The translations under genes were made by a program, and so were the position numbers. Under the pieces are notes generated by a model that had not been told where the DNA came from, did not search any database, and saw nothing but the letters and a program-made list of their open reading frames with translations. Positions 22,899-32,862 of a stretch of 64,000 nt of DNA are shown here, piece by piece (the first letter of the stretch is position 1; each line of letters starts with the position of its first letter). Source of the stretch: an uncultured beta proteobacterium (GTDB taxonomy: Bacteria; Pseudomonadota; Gammaproteobacteria; Burkholderiales; Thiobacillaceae); NCBI GenBank assembly GCA_963726485.1, contig CAVSCL010000011.1, positions 38,966 through 102,965 of the forward strand. The letters are read 5' to 3'.

Positions 22899-23866
22899 GA
22901 GCAGCGCCTCTGTTGCTGCTCATGGCGCTTTCGGGTTGTTCCGCACCGGGGCCCGCACCCGTGTCGGATCGTGAACCTGCGAGTGTGAAGGCCAAGCCTG
23001 AAACGCCGCCCCCCCGCCCCCCTGTCCGCCAGATAGAGGCTTCGACCAACGGCCTGCATACCGTGCAGAAGGGCGATACACTTTACGCCATCGCCTTTGC
23101 CAACAACCTCGATTATCGCGACCTCGCCATCTGGAACAATCTGACCTCGCCCTATTTGATCAGACAGGGTCAGGCCTTGCGGTTGAAGCCACCCGTCGCG
23201 CCCGTGATTGCAAGCAAGAAAGTTGAAGTGCAGCCGCTCGGGACTGAGCAGCCTTTAGTGGCCAAACCCCTTGCCGAACCGCCGCTGCTGCGCGAGCCTC
23301 AGGCAGTGCTGTTGCCTTATAGTGATGCCAACTGGGCCCAGGTATCCGCAATGCAGGCACTCCCGGCACCCCCTCCGGTTGCCAGCGCGAAGGTCGAACC
23401 GGTACAGCCCTTGCCGGCGCCGGTCAGCGCCAAACCGGAACCGGAACCGGAACCGACGCCGGCGCAACTGCCGGCCCAACCCGTACCGCAGGCAGGCATG
23501 ACTGAAGTCTGGCGCTGGCCGGCAAAGGGCGAGCTGACAGGGCGTTTTGGTGAGGCGGGCGGCAAGGGCATCGATATTGCCGGCGAGCGCAACGCGCCGG
23601 TGCTGGCGGTGGCACCCGGTCGGGTGGTATATAGTGGTTCCGGTTTGCGCGGCTATGGCCGTCTGCTCATCATCAAACATCCGGGAGAGTTTCTGAGTGC
23701 CTATGCCCACAATCAGGAAATGCTGGTGAAGGAGGGAGATGCTGTGAGTGCGGGACAAAAAATCGCCCTGATGGGCGACAGCGACGCCGACCGTGTCAAA
23801 CTGCATTTCGAGATCCGCCAATATGGCAGGCCGCTCGACCCGCTGAAGTACCTGCCCAATCAATAA
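22895..23866 (+). CDS. nlpD: LysM/M23 lipoprotein NlpD
   Basis: Lipobox LSGC, Lys[10 protein letters not shown], Pro-rich linker, M23 domain (KGIDI, YAHN, LHFEIR); lies between pcm and rpoS. Confidence 0.92.
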   Translation: MRAAPLLLLMALSGCSAPGPAPVSDREPASVKAKPETPPPRPPVRQIEASTNGLHTVQKGDTLYAIAFANNLDYRDLAIWNNLTSPYLIRQGQALRLKPPVAPVIASKKVEVQPLGTEQPLVAKPLAEPPLLREPQAVLLPYSDANWAQVSAMQALPAPPPVASAKVEPVQPLPAPVSAKPEPEPEPTPAQLPAQPVPQAGMTEVWRWPAKGELTGRFGEAGGKGIDIAGERNAPVLAVAPGRVVYSGSGLRGYGRLLIIKHPGEFLSAYAHNQEMLVKEGDAVSAGQKIALMGDSDADRVKLHFEIRQYGRPLDPLKYLPNQ

Positions 23867-23878
23867 CGAGCCGCGATA

Positions 23879-24823
23879 ATGAGCCGCGACCCTGCCGACG
23901 ATAACGACGAGCTGCATCCGGAAGAAGAATCCGGGGAAGCGGCAGCACAGGAAAGCGAGGCCGATGACCTGGCCTCGGCCATCCTTCATGAGCCTCAGGT
24001 TGATGTCACTCAGCTCTATCTGAATGAGATCGGCCAGTCCCCCCTGCTCACCGCCAAGGAGGAAATCGAGCTGGCACGTCGTACCAGGCTGGGTGATTTC
24101 GAGGCGCGCCAAACCATGATCGAGCGCAATTTGCGGCTGGTGGTGAATATCGCCAAGCACTATGCCAACCGCGGCCTGACCCTGCTCGATCTGGTGGAGG
24201 AGGGCAACCTCGGTCTGATTCACGCGCTGGAAAAGTTTGATCCTGAACGCGGCTTCCGTTTTTCCACCTACGCCACCTGGTGGATACGCCAGAATATCGA
24301 GCGCGCAATCATGAACCAGTCGCGCACCATCCGCCTGCCGGTGCATGTAATCAAGGAACTCAATATCTACCTGCGCGCCCTGCGGCACCTGGAAACGCAT
24401 GGCGTCGCCGACCCCACCTCCGATGACATCGCTGCCCTGACCGGACACAGCGTGGATGATGTGCGCCGGATCATGCAACTGAACGAACGCGTGACTTCGC
24501 TGGATGCGCCGCTCGATATCGACCCGAGTCTGTCGCTCGGCGAAGCGATCGCCGACGACAATGCCCACCTGCCGGAAGACGCCTTGCAGCTCGAAGAGGT
24601 TGGGCGTCACGTCCATGAGTGGATGACACAACTCAACGACAAGCAGCGCTGGGTGATTGAGCGCCGTTTTGGCCTCAACGGGCAGGAATCCTGCACGCTC
24701 GAAGACCTGGCGCTTGAACTCAAGGTCACGCGCGAGCGCGTGCGGCAAATACAGATGGAATCCCTGCGCATCCTGCGCCAGATGTTGCGGCATCGCGGAG
24801 TGAGCAGAGATGAGCTTTTTTGA
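23879..24823 (+). CDS. rpoS: RNA polymerase sigma factor RpoS
   Basis: [47 protein letters not shown]; follows nlpD. Confidence 0.95.
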   Translation: MSRDPADDNDELHPEEESGEAAAQESEADDLASAILHEPQVDVTQLYLNEIGQSPLLTAKEEIELARRTRLGDFEARQTMIERNLRLVVNIAKHYANRGLTLLDLVEEGNLGLIHALEKFDPERGFRFSTYATWWIRQNIERAIMNQSRTIRLPVHVIKELNIYLRALRHLETHGVADPTSDDIAALTGHSVDDVRRIMQLNERVTSLDAPLDIDPSLSLGEAIADDNAHLPEDALQLEEVGRHVHEWMTQLNDKQRWVIERRFGLNGQESCTLEDLALELKVTRERVRQIQMESLRILRQMLRHRGVSRDELF

Positions 24824-25147
24824 TGGCGCAGGGTGTTGCCCATCTGACCCATTCCGATTGCGCCCGGCACGACCTCGGTCCCTGGCATTCCGAATTTCCG
24901 AAGCGCCTGGCTGCGATCGATCAGGCATTGCGCGAGGCAGCCTGGTTCGATTGCCTGCTTGCGGTAGAAGCGCTGGCTGCCACGCTGGATATGCATGGAT
25001 TACCCCTGAAATCTGCGCCGTAGCGGATCGCCATGGCGACGGGCGCGTGGTGTACGCGCTTGAGAAGGCGGCTACGATCTCGCCGCTTTGGGGCGGAGTG
25101 CGGCGGCGCACATGAAGGCGCTTCATGAGATCATGCATTATCGATGA
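24823..25147 (+). pseudogene. Histone-deacetylase-family (acetylpolyamine/acetoin type) gene with large internal deletion
   Basis: N-terminus THSDCARHDLGPWHSEFPKRLAAI is joined near 24988 to C-terminus YAWIT..ADRHGDGRVV..EGGYDLAALGRSAAAH; catalytic core absent. Confidence 0.75.
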
Positions 25148-25800
25148 AGGTCGACTGGAGCCGCATCCGCACCGTATTGCTCGACATGGACGGCACCCTG
25201 CTGGATCTGCATTACGACAATTATTTCTGGCAGGAGCATGTGCCCCGGCGCTATGCGGAATATCACGGGCTGGAAGAACAACTTGCGCGTGATGCCTTGT
25301 TTGGGCACTACGCGCGCCATACAGGCACGCTCAACTGGTATTGCGTCGATTTCTGGAGCAGCGAACTGGCGCTGGATATCCTGCAACTGAAAGAAGAAGT
25401 CGCCCATCTCATCGCCGTGCGGCCTGACGTGCCCGCTTTCCTCAAGGCCGTGCGAGACTCCGGTCGTCGCGTGGTCATGGTCACCAATGCCCATCCCAAG
25501 AGTCTCAACCTTAAGATGCGAGAGACCAAGCTGGAATCGTATTTCGATGCGCTGATTTCCTCGCACCAGGTCGGCCTGCCCAAGGAACACCCGGATTTCT
25601 GGAAAGGTTTGCAGGCGCTGGAGCCCTACCAGGCCAGCCAAACCTTATTGGTCGATGACAGTCTGCCGGTACTGAAAAGCGCGCAGGACTATGGCATCGA
25701 GCAACTCCTTGCCGTATGCAATCCGGATTCGCGCCTGCCGCACAAGGATTGCGGCGAGTTTTCGGCAATCAGCAGTTTTGACCAGGTGATGCCTGCCTAA
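25144..25800 (+). CDS. yrfG: HAD-family GMP/IMP nucleotidase YrfG
   Basis: LLDMDGTLLDLHYDNYFW, LNWYCVDFWS, VTNAH, VDDS. Confidence 0.9.
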   Translation: MKVDWSRIRTVLLDMDGTLLDLHYDNYFWQEHVPRRYAEYHGLEEQLARDALFGHYARHTGTLNWYCVDFWSSELALDILQLKEEVAHLIAVRPDVPAFLKAVRDSGRRVVMVTNAHPKSLNLKMRETKLESYFDALISSHQVGLPKEHPDFWKGLQALEPYQASQTLLVDDSLPVLKSAQDYGIEQLLAVCNPDSRLPHKDCGEFSAISSFDQVMPA

Positions 25801-26180
25801 CCGAGGGTCTCGATCAATACCGCCGCCGCCACGCTTCGCCCTTCGGTTACCAGAATGTTATAGGTGCGGCAGAGCGCGCCTATGTCCATCACCTCCAGCC
25901 CGATACGCGCATCGGCCAGCGGCCGGGTGAGGGCAGGGTGGGGGAAGCGCAGCCGCGTACCGGTTCCAAATAGTACGATTTCCACCGGATGTTCAGCTAT
26001 CCAGTGAAAGTGTTCCACCAGGAGCGCATCGAATTTGATCCCTGCCCAGGGCGCGGTTTCGATGTTGTTTGCGATCAGCAGCAGGCTTTCATCATGGCGC
26101 GTTCCGTTGATGAGGACGTAATCTTCTCCGTAGCCGGTAAAGAGCGGTAAGTCACGGGCTGTGTTCAGATGCAGTTTCAT
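25797..26180 (-). CDS. Mth938-like (DUF498) domain protein
   Basis: EIVLFGTG..FPHP..GLEVMD..ALCRTYNILVTEGRSVAA. Confidence 0.9.
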   Translation of the reverse strand: MKLHLNTARDLPLFTGYGEDYVLINGTRHDESLLLIANNIETAPWAGIKFDALLVEHFHWIAEHPVEIVLFGTGTRLRFPHPALTRPLADARIGLEVMDIGALCRTYNILVTEGRSVAAAVLIETLG

Positions 26181-26247
26181 GCAGGTCTCTTGATTCGGCA
26201 CGATGAGGTTTCAAGCGTCGCAATGCGCGGGATGCCGGAACACCATG

Positions 26248-26274
26248 AGGCATCGTCGAAAATGGCCGATGCAT
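26248..26274. repeat. 27-bp palindromic repeat, family A copy
   Basis: Reverse complement reads ATGCATCG-GCCATTTTCGA-CGATGCCT. Confidence 0.7.
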
Positions 26275-26380
26275 GGGTAATCCAGCTTTCGTTGCCCGTG
26301 AGGAGCGGCTCCGGTAGAATCCAGCGTTTCCGCAAAGCATTGTTTTGCCTTGCAATCCAGGCAGGATACAGGGATTCATC

Positions 26381-27619
26381 GTGACAGTTGAGAAGCGGCC
26401 GAGTTTACGTCCCGTGCAGAAATCTTCCAAGCTGGACAACGTGTGCTACGACATTCGCGGCCCGGTGATGGCGCGTGCGCGGCAGATGGAGGAAGAAGGC
26501 CATCGCATCATCAAACTGAATATCGGCAACCCGGCGCCCTTCGGCTTTGAAGCGCCGGAGGAAATTGTTCAGGATGTGATCCTGAACCTGCCGAATGCGT
26601 CGGGTTACAGCGATTCCAAGGGGCTTTTCGCGGCGCGCAAGGCGATCATGCATTACACCCAGCAAAAGGGTATAGCCGGGGTGCAGATCGACGACATCAT
26701 CATCGGCAACGGCGTGTCGGAACTGATCGTTATGGCGATGCAGGGGCTGCTCAACAATGGCGACGAAGTGCTGGTTCCTGCGCCGGATTACCCTCTGTGG
26801 ACGGCGGCAGTAAGTCTGGGCGGCGGCAAGCCGCGCCATTATCTGTGCGACGAAGGCGCGGGCTGGCTGCCGGATCTGGATGACATCCGCGCCAAGATCA
26901 ATAGCAACACGCGCGCGATCGTGCTGATCAATCCGAACAATCCGACCGGCGCACTGTACCCGACCGAGTTGCTGCGGGAGATTCTGGAAATAGCCCGGCA
27001 GCACCAGATGATCGTCTATGCCGACGAGATCTATGACAAGGTGCTGTACGACGGCGCTACGCATACTTCCGTCGGTTCGCTGGCGGACGATGTGCTGATC
27101 GTCACCTTTAACGGTTTGTCGAAAAACTATCGCGCCTGCGGTTACCGTTCGGGCTGGCTGGTGGTGTCGGGCGACAAGCGCCATGCCAGGGATTATCTGG
27201 AAGGTCTCGACATGCTGGCCTCGATGCGGCTGTGCTCCAATGTGCCCGGGCAGTACGCGATCCAGACCGCGCTCGGCGGTTATCAGAGCATCAACGATCT
27301 GGTGGCACCCCATGGCCGCCTCACCCGCCAGCGCGACCTGACCTACGAACTGCTGACCGCGCTTCCGGGTGTGACCTGCGTCAAGCCCAAAGCGGCGATG
27401 TACCTCTTCCCGAAGCTCGATCCCAAGCTGTACCACGTCACCAACGACCAGAAATTCATTCTGGATTTGCTGGAACAGGAGCGGGTGCTGGTGGTGCAGG
27501 GCAGCGGGTTCAACTGGCCCCACCCGGATCATATTCGCGTGGTATTTCTGCCCCACGAAGAAGATTTGACCGAAGCGATCGGACGCATGGGTCGGTTCCT
27601 CGAGCGGAATCGTAAATAG
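26381..27619 (+). CDS. alaA: PLP-dependent alanine aminotransferase AlaA
   Basis: KSSKLDNVCYDIRGPV, LNIGNPA, NPNNPTG, DEIYDK, GLSKNYR; start approximate. Confidence 0.93.
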   Translation: MTVEKRPSLRPVQKSSKLDNVCYDIRGPVMARARQMEEEGHRIIKLNIGNPAPFGFEAPEEIVQDVILNLPNASGYSDSKGLFAARKAIMHYTQQKGIAGVQIDDIIIGNGVSELIVMAMQGLLNNGDEVLVPAPDYPLWTAAVSLGGGKPRHYLCDEGAGWLPDLDDIRAKINSNTRAIVLINPNNPTGALYPTELLREILEIARQHQMIVYADEIYDKVLYDGATHTSVGSLADDVLIVTFNGLSKNYRACGYRSGWLVVSGDKRHARDYLEGLDMLASMRLCSNVPGQYAIQTALGGYQSINDLVAPHGRLTRQRDLTYELLTALPGVTCVKPKAAMYLFPKLDPKLYHVTNDQKFILDLLEQERVLVVQGSGFNWPHPDHIRVVFLPHEEDLTEAIGRMGRFLERNRK

Positions 27620-27637
27620 TTTTGGGCACTGCGTCCG

Positions 27638-27717
27638 CTCTCTCGCCCCTCGTGGTACCTCGATGCCCGGCACGGGTAGAGTCTCCGCCGCGCGAGGATA
27701 AAGCTTGGGGAGCAGGC
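27638..27717. repeat. Degenerate composite palindromic element, family B
   Basis: CTCTCGCCCC..[CCTCGATGCCCGGCACGGGT]AGAG[TCTCCGCCGCGCGAGGATA]AAGCTTGGGGAG; modules match those at 35826-35845, 35939-35958 and 35973-35991. Confidence 0.6.
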
Positions 27718-27745
27718 GGTCTTAACCTCTCCGAACAATTTGGCC

Positions 27746-27772
27746 ATGCATTGGCAAAAATGGCCAATGCAT
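27746..27772. repeat. 27-bp palindromic repeat, family A copy
   Basis: ATGCATTG-GCAAAAATGGC-CAATGCAT. Confidence 0.75.
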
Positions 27773-27795
27773 TGATTCCTTAACGAGATAGCACG

Positions 27796-29112
27796 ATGAA
27801 ACCAATCAAAGTAGGCCTCCTGGGCCTGGGCACGGTCGGAGGCGGGACCCTCACCGTATTGCGCCGCAATGCCGAAGAAATTACCCGCCGTGCCGGTCGC
27901 GAGATCCGTGTGGTAAAAGCCGCGGTGCGAGATATCGACAAGGCGCTGAAATATAAAGGCGAAGATCTGGTCCTGACGCAAGACCCGTTCGATGTGGTGG
28001 ACGATCCCGGGATCGACATCGTGGTCGAACTCATCGGCGGTCTTTCACCGGCGAAAGAACTGGTGATGCGGGCGATTGAAAACGGCAAGCATGTGGTGAC
28101 AGCCAACAAGTATCTGGTGGCCAAATACGGCAATGAAATATTTGCGGCAGCGCAGGCCAAGGGTGTGATGGTCGCATTCGAGGCGGCGGTGGCGGGCGGC
28201 ATTCCCATCATCAAGGCGCTGCGCGAGGGTCTCACCGCCAACCGCATCGAATGGCTTGCGGGCATCATCAACGGAACATGCAATTTCATCCTTACCGAGA
28301 TGCGCGACAAGGGCGCAGCCTTTGACGATGTGCTGAAAGAAGCGCAACGCCTGGGTTACGCCGAAGCCGACCCGACCTTCGACATCGAGGGCATCGACGC
28401 AGCACACAAACTGACGATCCTGTCGGCGATCGCCTTCGGCATTCCGATGCAGTTCGACCGCGCCTACACCGAGGGCATTTCCAAACTCACGCGCGAAGAC
28501 GTGCAATACGCGGAAGAACTCGGTTATCGCATCAAGCTTCTGGGCATAGCGCGGCGCGCCGAAAACGGCATCGAGTTGCGCGTCCATCCCACGCTGATTC
28601 CCGAACGTCGTCTGATTGCCAATGTCGATGGCGCAATGAACGCGGTGCTGGTGAAAGGCGATGCCGTCGGCCACACGCTGTATTACGGCGCAGGTGCAGG
28701 GTCCGAGCCGACCGCGTCCGCCGTGGTGGCCGATCTGGTGGATGTGACACGCCTGCATACCGCCGACCCGCACCACCGCGTGCCGCATCTTGCCTTCCAG
28801 CCCGATCAGCTGGCGGACACGCCCATCCTGCCCATGGATGAAGTGCGCACCGCGTATTACCTGCGCCTGCGGGCCTATGATCGCCCCGGCGTGCTGGCTG
28901 ACATTACGCGGATTCTGGCGGATGGAGGAATCTCCATCGACGCCATGGTGCAGAAGGAACCCGCGGAAGGCGAGGAGCAGGTCAACATCATCCTGCTGAC
29001 CCACATCACGGTGGAGAAGAACATCAATGCCGCAATCGCCAAGATCGAGACGCTGGATACCGTGGTGGGCAAGGTGATGCGCATCCGTCTCGAAGAACTG
29101 GCGGCCAGATAA
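27796..29112 (+). CDS. hom: Homoserine dehydrogenase
   Basis: GLGTVGGG, HVVTANK, FEAAVAGGIP, GIINGT, C-terminal ACT domain. Confidence 0.97.
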   Translation: MKPIKVGLLGLGTVGGGTLTVLRRNAEEITRRAGREIRVVKAAVRDIDKALKYKGEDLVLTQDPFDVVDDPGIDIVVELIGGLSPAKELVMRAIENGKHVVTANKYLVAKYGNEIFAAAQAKGVMVAFEAAVAGGIPIIKALREGLTANRIEWLAGIINGTCNFILTEMRDKGAAFDDVLKEAQRLGYAEADPTFDIEGIDAAHKLTILSAIAFGIPMQFDRAYTEGISKLTREDVQYAEELGYRIKLLGIARRAENGIELRVHPTLIPERRLIANVDGAMNAVLVKGDAVGHTLYYGAGAGSEPTASAVVADLVDVTRLHTADPHHRVPHLAFQPDQLADTPILPMDEVRTAYYLRLRAYDRPGVLADITRILADGGISIDAMVQKEPAEGEEQVNIILLTHITVEKNINAAIAKIETLDTVVGKVMRIRLEELAAR

Positions 29113-29114
29113 GC

Positions 29115-30539
29115 ATGCAATACATCAGCACCCGCGGCCTGGCGCCTGCGCTTCGTTTTTCTGAAATACTGCTCGGCGGTCTGGCCAGCGACGGCGGCCT
29201 GTATGTGCCGGAAAGCTATCCGCGTTTCAGCGAGGCCGAACTGGCGGCGATGCGCGGCATGGATTACCGCGAACTCGCCTTCGCCGTGCTGTCGCGATTT
29301 ATCGACGATATTCCGGCCGACGATCTGCGCGTGCTTATCGACAAGACCTACACTGCCGGGGTCTATCGTTACACCAGCAACGGTGAAAATGCGCAAGACA
29401 TCACGCCGCTGAAAACACTGGAGCCCGGGCTGCATATTCTGGCTTTGTCCAACGGCCCCACGCTGGCCTTCAAAGACATGGCGATGCAGTTGCTCGGTAA
29501 TCTGTTCGAGTATGTGCTGGGGAAAACCGGCGGTGATCTGAACATCCTTGGTGCAACTTCCGGCGACACCGGTTCCGCCGCCGAATATGCCATGCGCGGC
29601 AAGCGCGGCATCCGCGTTTTCATGCTCTCTCCGGAACACGGCATGACGCTTTTTCAGCGGGCGCAGATGTATGCGCTGCAGGATGCCAACATTCATAACC
29701 TGGTGATTCGCGGCGTGTTCGACCAGTGCCAGGACATCGTCAAGGCCGTATCCAGCGATCTGGATTTCAAGGCCCGCCACCACATCGGCGCGGTCAATTC
29801 GATCAACTGGGCGCGCGTTGCCGCGCAGAGCGTTTACTACTTCAAAGCCTATTTCGCCGCGACGCACGACAATGATCAGCAGGTGGCGTTCGCCGTGCCC
29901 TCCGGAAACTTTGGCAATGTCTGCGCCGGTCATATTGCGCGGCAGATGGGACTGCCAATCAAGAAACTCATCGTCGCCACCAATGAAAACGACGTGCTCG
30001 ACGAGTTTTTCAACACCGGCGTGTATCGCCCGCGCCCTGAGACCAAGCACACCTCCAGCCCTTCGATGGATATCGCCAAGGCTTCCAACTTCGAGCGTTT
30101 TGTGTTCGATCTGGCCGGGCGCGATCCTGCAAGAATCCGTGCGTTATGGGGTGCGGTGGACCAGGGAGGAAGCTTCGACCTCAAGGCTGACGATCTGTTT
30201 GATCGAGTGGCCGATTACGGCATGGTTTCCGGATCCAGCAATCATGGCAATCGCATGGACACCATCCGCACCGTGTATGAAGTCTATGGCACCATGATCG
30301 ACACCCATACCGCCGATGGTTTCAAGGTCGGCATGGAGCACCGTGAGCCTGGCGTGCCGCTGATCTGCATGGAAACCGCGCAGCCCGCCAAATTTGAAGA
30401 CGCCATCCGCGAAGCGCTGGGTATTGATCCCGTCCGCCCGGCGGAACTGCGCGATCTCGAATCGCAGCCGCAACGCAAGCATGTGATGGATGTGGATATC
30501 GAAGCGGTGAAGCAATTCATCGTCGACCACGCGGGCTGA
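29115..30539 (+). CDS. thrC: Threonine synthase
   Basis: YISTRG, DGGLYVP, GPTLAFKD, ATSGDTG, NSINWAR, VPSGNFGN. Confidence 0.97.
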   Translation: MQYISTRGLAPALRFSEILLGGLASDGGLYVPESYPRFSEAELAAMRGMDYRELAFAVLSRFIDDIPADDLRVLIDKTYTAGVYRYTSNGENAQDITPLKTLEPGLHILALSNGPTLAFKDMAMQLLGNLFEYVLGKTGGDLNILGATSGDTGSAAEYAMRGKRGIRVFMLSPEHGMTLFQRAQMYALQDANIHNLVIRGVFDQCQDIVKAVSSDLDFKARHHIGAVNSINWARVAAQSVYYFKAYFAATHDNDQQVAFAVPSGNFGNVCAGHIARQMGLPIKKLIVATNENDVLDEFFNTGVYRPRPETKHTSSPSMDIAKASNFERFVFDLAGRDPARIRALWGAVDQGGSFDLKADDLFDRVADYGMVSGSSNHGNRMDTIRTVYEVYGTMIDTHTADGFKVGMEHREPGVPLICMETAQPAKFEDAIREALGIDPVRPAELRDLESQPQRKHVMDVDIEAVKQFIVDHAG

Positions 30540-30557
30540 TCTGCCCGCCTGACAGCG

Positions 30558-31190
30558 ATGAGTCAGCCGGGTGACGCCGCCAGGCATGCACGAACACCGG
30601 AGCCGTTAGCCGAGCTGGTGCGGCGCGTGCAGGCATGCACGGTCTGCGCCGCGCACCTGCCATATCCACCGCGCCCCATTTTCCGGGCTTCACCCACTGC
30701 ACGCCTTTTGATCGTTGGCCAGGCGCCGGGCCGACGCGTGCACGAAACCGGAATTCCCTGGAACGACCCTTCCGGCGATCTGTTGCGGCTATGGCTGGGT
30801 ATGACACGCGACGATTTCTACGATGATTCCCGCATTGCCATCATTCCCTCCGGCCTGTGCTATCCCGGCACGGTCAAGGGCGCCGACCTGCCGCCGCGTC
30901 CCGAATGCGCGCCGTTGTGGCATCCGGCATTCCGGGAAGCCATGCCGCAGATCCATCTGACTCTACTGATTGGCGCCTATGCCCAGGCGTATTACCTGGG
31001 CAAGCGCCGCGGCCGCACACTGGCTGATACGGTCAAAGCCTGGCGTGATTTTGCCCCGGAGTTCTTCCCGCTACCCCATCCCAGTCCGCGCAATCGTTTG
31101 TGGCTCAAGCGCAATCCCTGGTTCGGGAGCGAGGTGTTGCCAGCGTTGCGTGAGCGGGTTGGTGAAGCGCTGATGACAGGCGATAATTGA
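30558..31190 (+). CDS. Uracil-DNA glycosylase family protein
   Basis: CTVC, IVGQAPG, WNDPSG, DLPPRPEC, LPHPSPRN. Confidence 0.9.
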   Translation: MSQPGDAARHARTPEPLAELVRRVQACTVCAAHLPYPPRPIFRASPTARLLIVGQAPGRRVHETGIPWNDPSGDLLRLWLGMTRDDFYDDSRIAIIPSGLCYPGTVKGADLPPRPECAPLWHPAFREAMPQIHLTLLIGAYAQAYYLGKRRGRTLADTVKAWRDFAPEFFPLPHPSPRNRLWLKRNPWFGSEVLPALRERVGEALMTGDN

Positions 31191-31250
31191 AAAACGGAGA
31201 CACTCATAACGACAACACAACCTCACCGCCGAAATGGATATTGAAACTGC

Positions 31251-31859
31251 ATGAAATTGCTTACCTCCCTCACCAGCCCCTATGGCCGCAAAGTACGCGT
31301 TGTCCTGCTGGAAAAGAAAATTCCCTTTCAGCTTCAAGTCGAAAACCCCTGGCTTCCCGATAACACGGTTGCCGACTTCAACCCCCTCGGCAAAGTTCCC
31401 GTCCTGGTGCTGGAAGACGGCGTGTGCGTATTCGACTCGCGCGTTATCGTCGAATACCTCGATCACCTCACTCCGGTTGCGCACCTCATCCCCGGCGAGG
31501 TCAAGAGCCGCCTGGCCGTACGCGGTATTGAAGCACTGGCCGACGGCATCATCGATGCGGCTGTCGCCGTTTACCTCGAACGCAAACGCCCGCTCGAGCA
31601 GCAAAGCGCCGACTGGATGATGCTCCAGGAAAAAACCCTGTTTCGCGGCCTTGAAGCCCTCTCGGAAGCGCTGGGCGAGAAACCCTGGTTTCTCGGCAAT
31701 GCCATGACACTCGCCGACATCGCGAGCGGTTGCGCACTCGCTTATCTCAATCTGCGCTTCCCGGAAATCAACTGGCGCGACGCCCACCCCAATCTGACAA
31801 AACTCGCCGACAAGCTTGCCGAGCGGTCATCGTTCAAGGAAACTGTCCCCGTCGTTTGA
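31251..31859 (+). CDS. Glutathione S-transferase
   Basis: SPYGRKV, NPLGKVPVL, DSRVIVEYLD, TLADI. Confidence 0.92.
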   Translation: MKLLTSLTSPYGRKVRVVLLEKKIPFQLQVENPWLPDNTVADFNPLGKVPVLVLEDGVCVFDSRVIVEYLDHLTPVAHLIPGEVKSRLAVRGIEALADGIIDAAVAVYLERKRPLEQQSADWMMLQEKTLFRGLEALSEALGEKPWFLGNAMTLADIASGCALAYLNLRFPEINWRDAHPNLTKLADKLAERSSFKETVPVV

Positions 31860-31873
31860 AAAGGAGAAGCACC

Positions 31874-32410
31874 ATGGCACGATCGCTGGCTACCCTGGCA
31901 GGAGGTTGCTTCTGGTGCCTGGAATCGGCGTTCAACCGGCTGCGCGGCGTCGAATCAGCCGTATCCGGCTACATGGGCGGGCATACGCTCAATCCGACCT
32001 ACCAGGACATCTGTGGCGGCAATACCGGCCATGCCGAAGTCGTGCAAGTCAGCTTTGATCCGGAACAAATTACATTCCGCAACCTGCTGGAGGTATTCTT
32101 CACCCTTCACGATCCGACGCAATTGAATCGCCAGGGCAACGATGTAGGCACGCAATACCGTTCCGCGATCTTCTGCCACACACCGGAACAGCAAGCCGAG
32201 GCCGAAGCCGTGATTGCCGAGCTGTCGGCAGCGAGAACATTCGATGCACCCATCGTGACCCAGGTGCTTGAGGCCGCCCCCTTCTACCCGGCGGAGGACT
32301 ACCACCAGGGGTATTTCGACACCAATCCCGGTCAGCCTTATTGCCAGTTTGTCGTTGCGCCCAAGCTGGCCAAGGTCAGGGCGAGGTTCGCGGACAGGTT
32401 CAAATCCTGA
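31874..32410 (+). CDS. msrA: Peptide methionine sulfoxide reductase MsrA
   Basis: GGCFWC, GYMGG, GHAEVV, DVGTQYRS, AEDYHQ. Confidence 0.96.
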   Translation: MARSLATLAGGCFWCLESAFNRLRGVESAVSGYMGGHTLNPTYQDICGGNTGHAEVVQVSFDPEQITFRNLLEVFFTLHDPTQLNRQGNDVGTQYRSAIFCHTPEQQAEAEAVIAELSAARTFDAPIVTQVLEAAPFYPAEDYHQGYFDTNPGQPYCQFVVAPKLAKVRARFADRFKS

Positions 32411-32517
32411 CCGAGGAGATACAAACGGCGATGTCTCCGGCTTCAAATTTGACTGCATGAAAGCAGAAGATTGGGAAACCCGGCGATTGCCCGTCCCATG
32501 CGCCAGACCGGTCGCCC

Positions 32518-32862
32518 TTATTCTTCTGGCGCAGCCTCGTTACCCGCTTCGTCACTCACCCGTCTCCAGTCATTCTCGTGCAGGGAGACCTGATATTTCG
32601 CCCAGCGGGCGAACTCGGAGGGGCTGCAGCGGCCCTTTTTGCGGCGGCAGGTGCCGGCAACGCCCTTGAAGATGAAAACAGTTTCACCGCTTGCGGCGTC
32701 GGTGTCGATTCTGGCAAGCTGACGCACACCCCATGTCCTTCCATAAGCGCCATTGCTGTAGAAATAGCCGGGTTTGAATTCGTCGATCGGTTTGGGCATC
32801 ACGTTTGCCCCCTCTCCCGCTGGCGGGAGAGGGTTGGGGAGAGGGGGCGAAGCAAGGGTCAT
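32518..32862 (-). CDS. Small hypothetical protein; first about 21 codons are repeat-derived (alternative start 32799)
   Basis: ATGA overlap with the stop of the vWA gene; core YSNGAYGRTWGVRQ..GTCRRKKGRC..FARWAKY. Confidence 0.7.
   Translation of the reverse strand: MTLASPPLPNPLPPAGEGANVMPKPIDEFKPGYFYSNGAYGRTWGVRQLARIDTDAASGETVFIFKGVAGTCRRKKGRCSPSEFARWAKYQVSLHENDWRRVSDEAGNEAAPEE
32807..32848. repeat. Palindromic element, family B (simple form)
   Basis: CCCTCTCCCGC-TG-GCGGGAGAGGG hairpin followed by TTGGGGAGAGGGG; encodes PPLPNPLPPAGEG on the - strand. Confidence 0.8.

Noticed and set aside
23430-23456. Tandem CCGGAA repeat
   Set aside because: Encodes the PEPEPEP linker of NlpD; ordinary low-complexity coding sequence
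23255-25138. Long antisense ORFs (627 aa here; also 59215-61170, 61763-63604, 11973-13313, 26405-27673)
   Set aside because: Shadow frames of real GC-rich genes with no recognisable motifs
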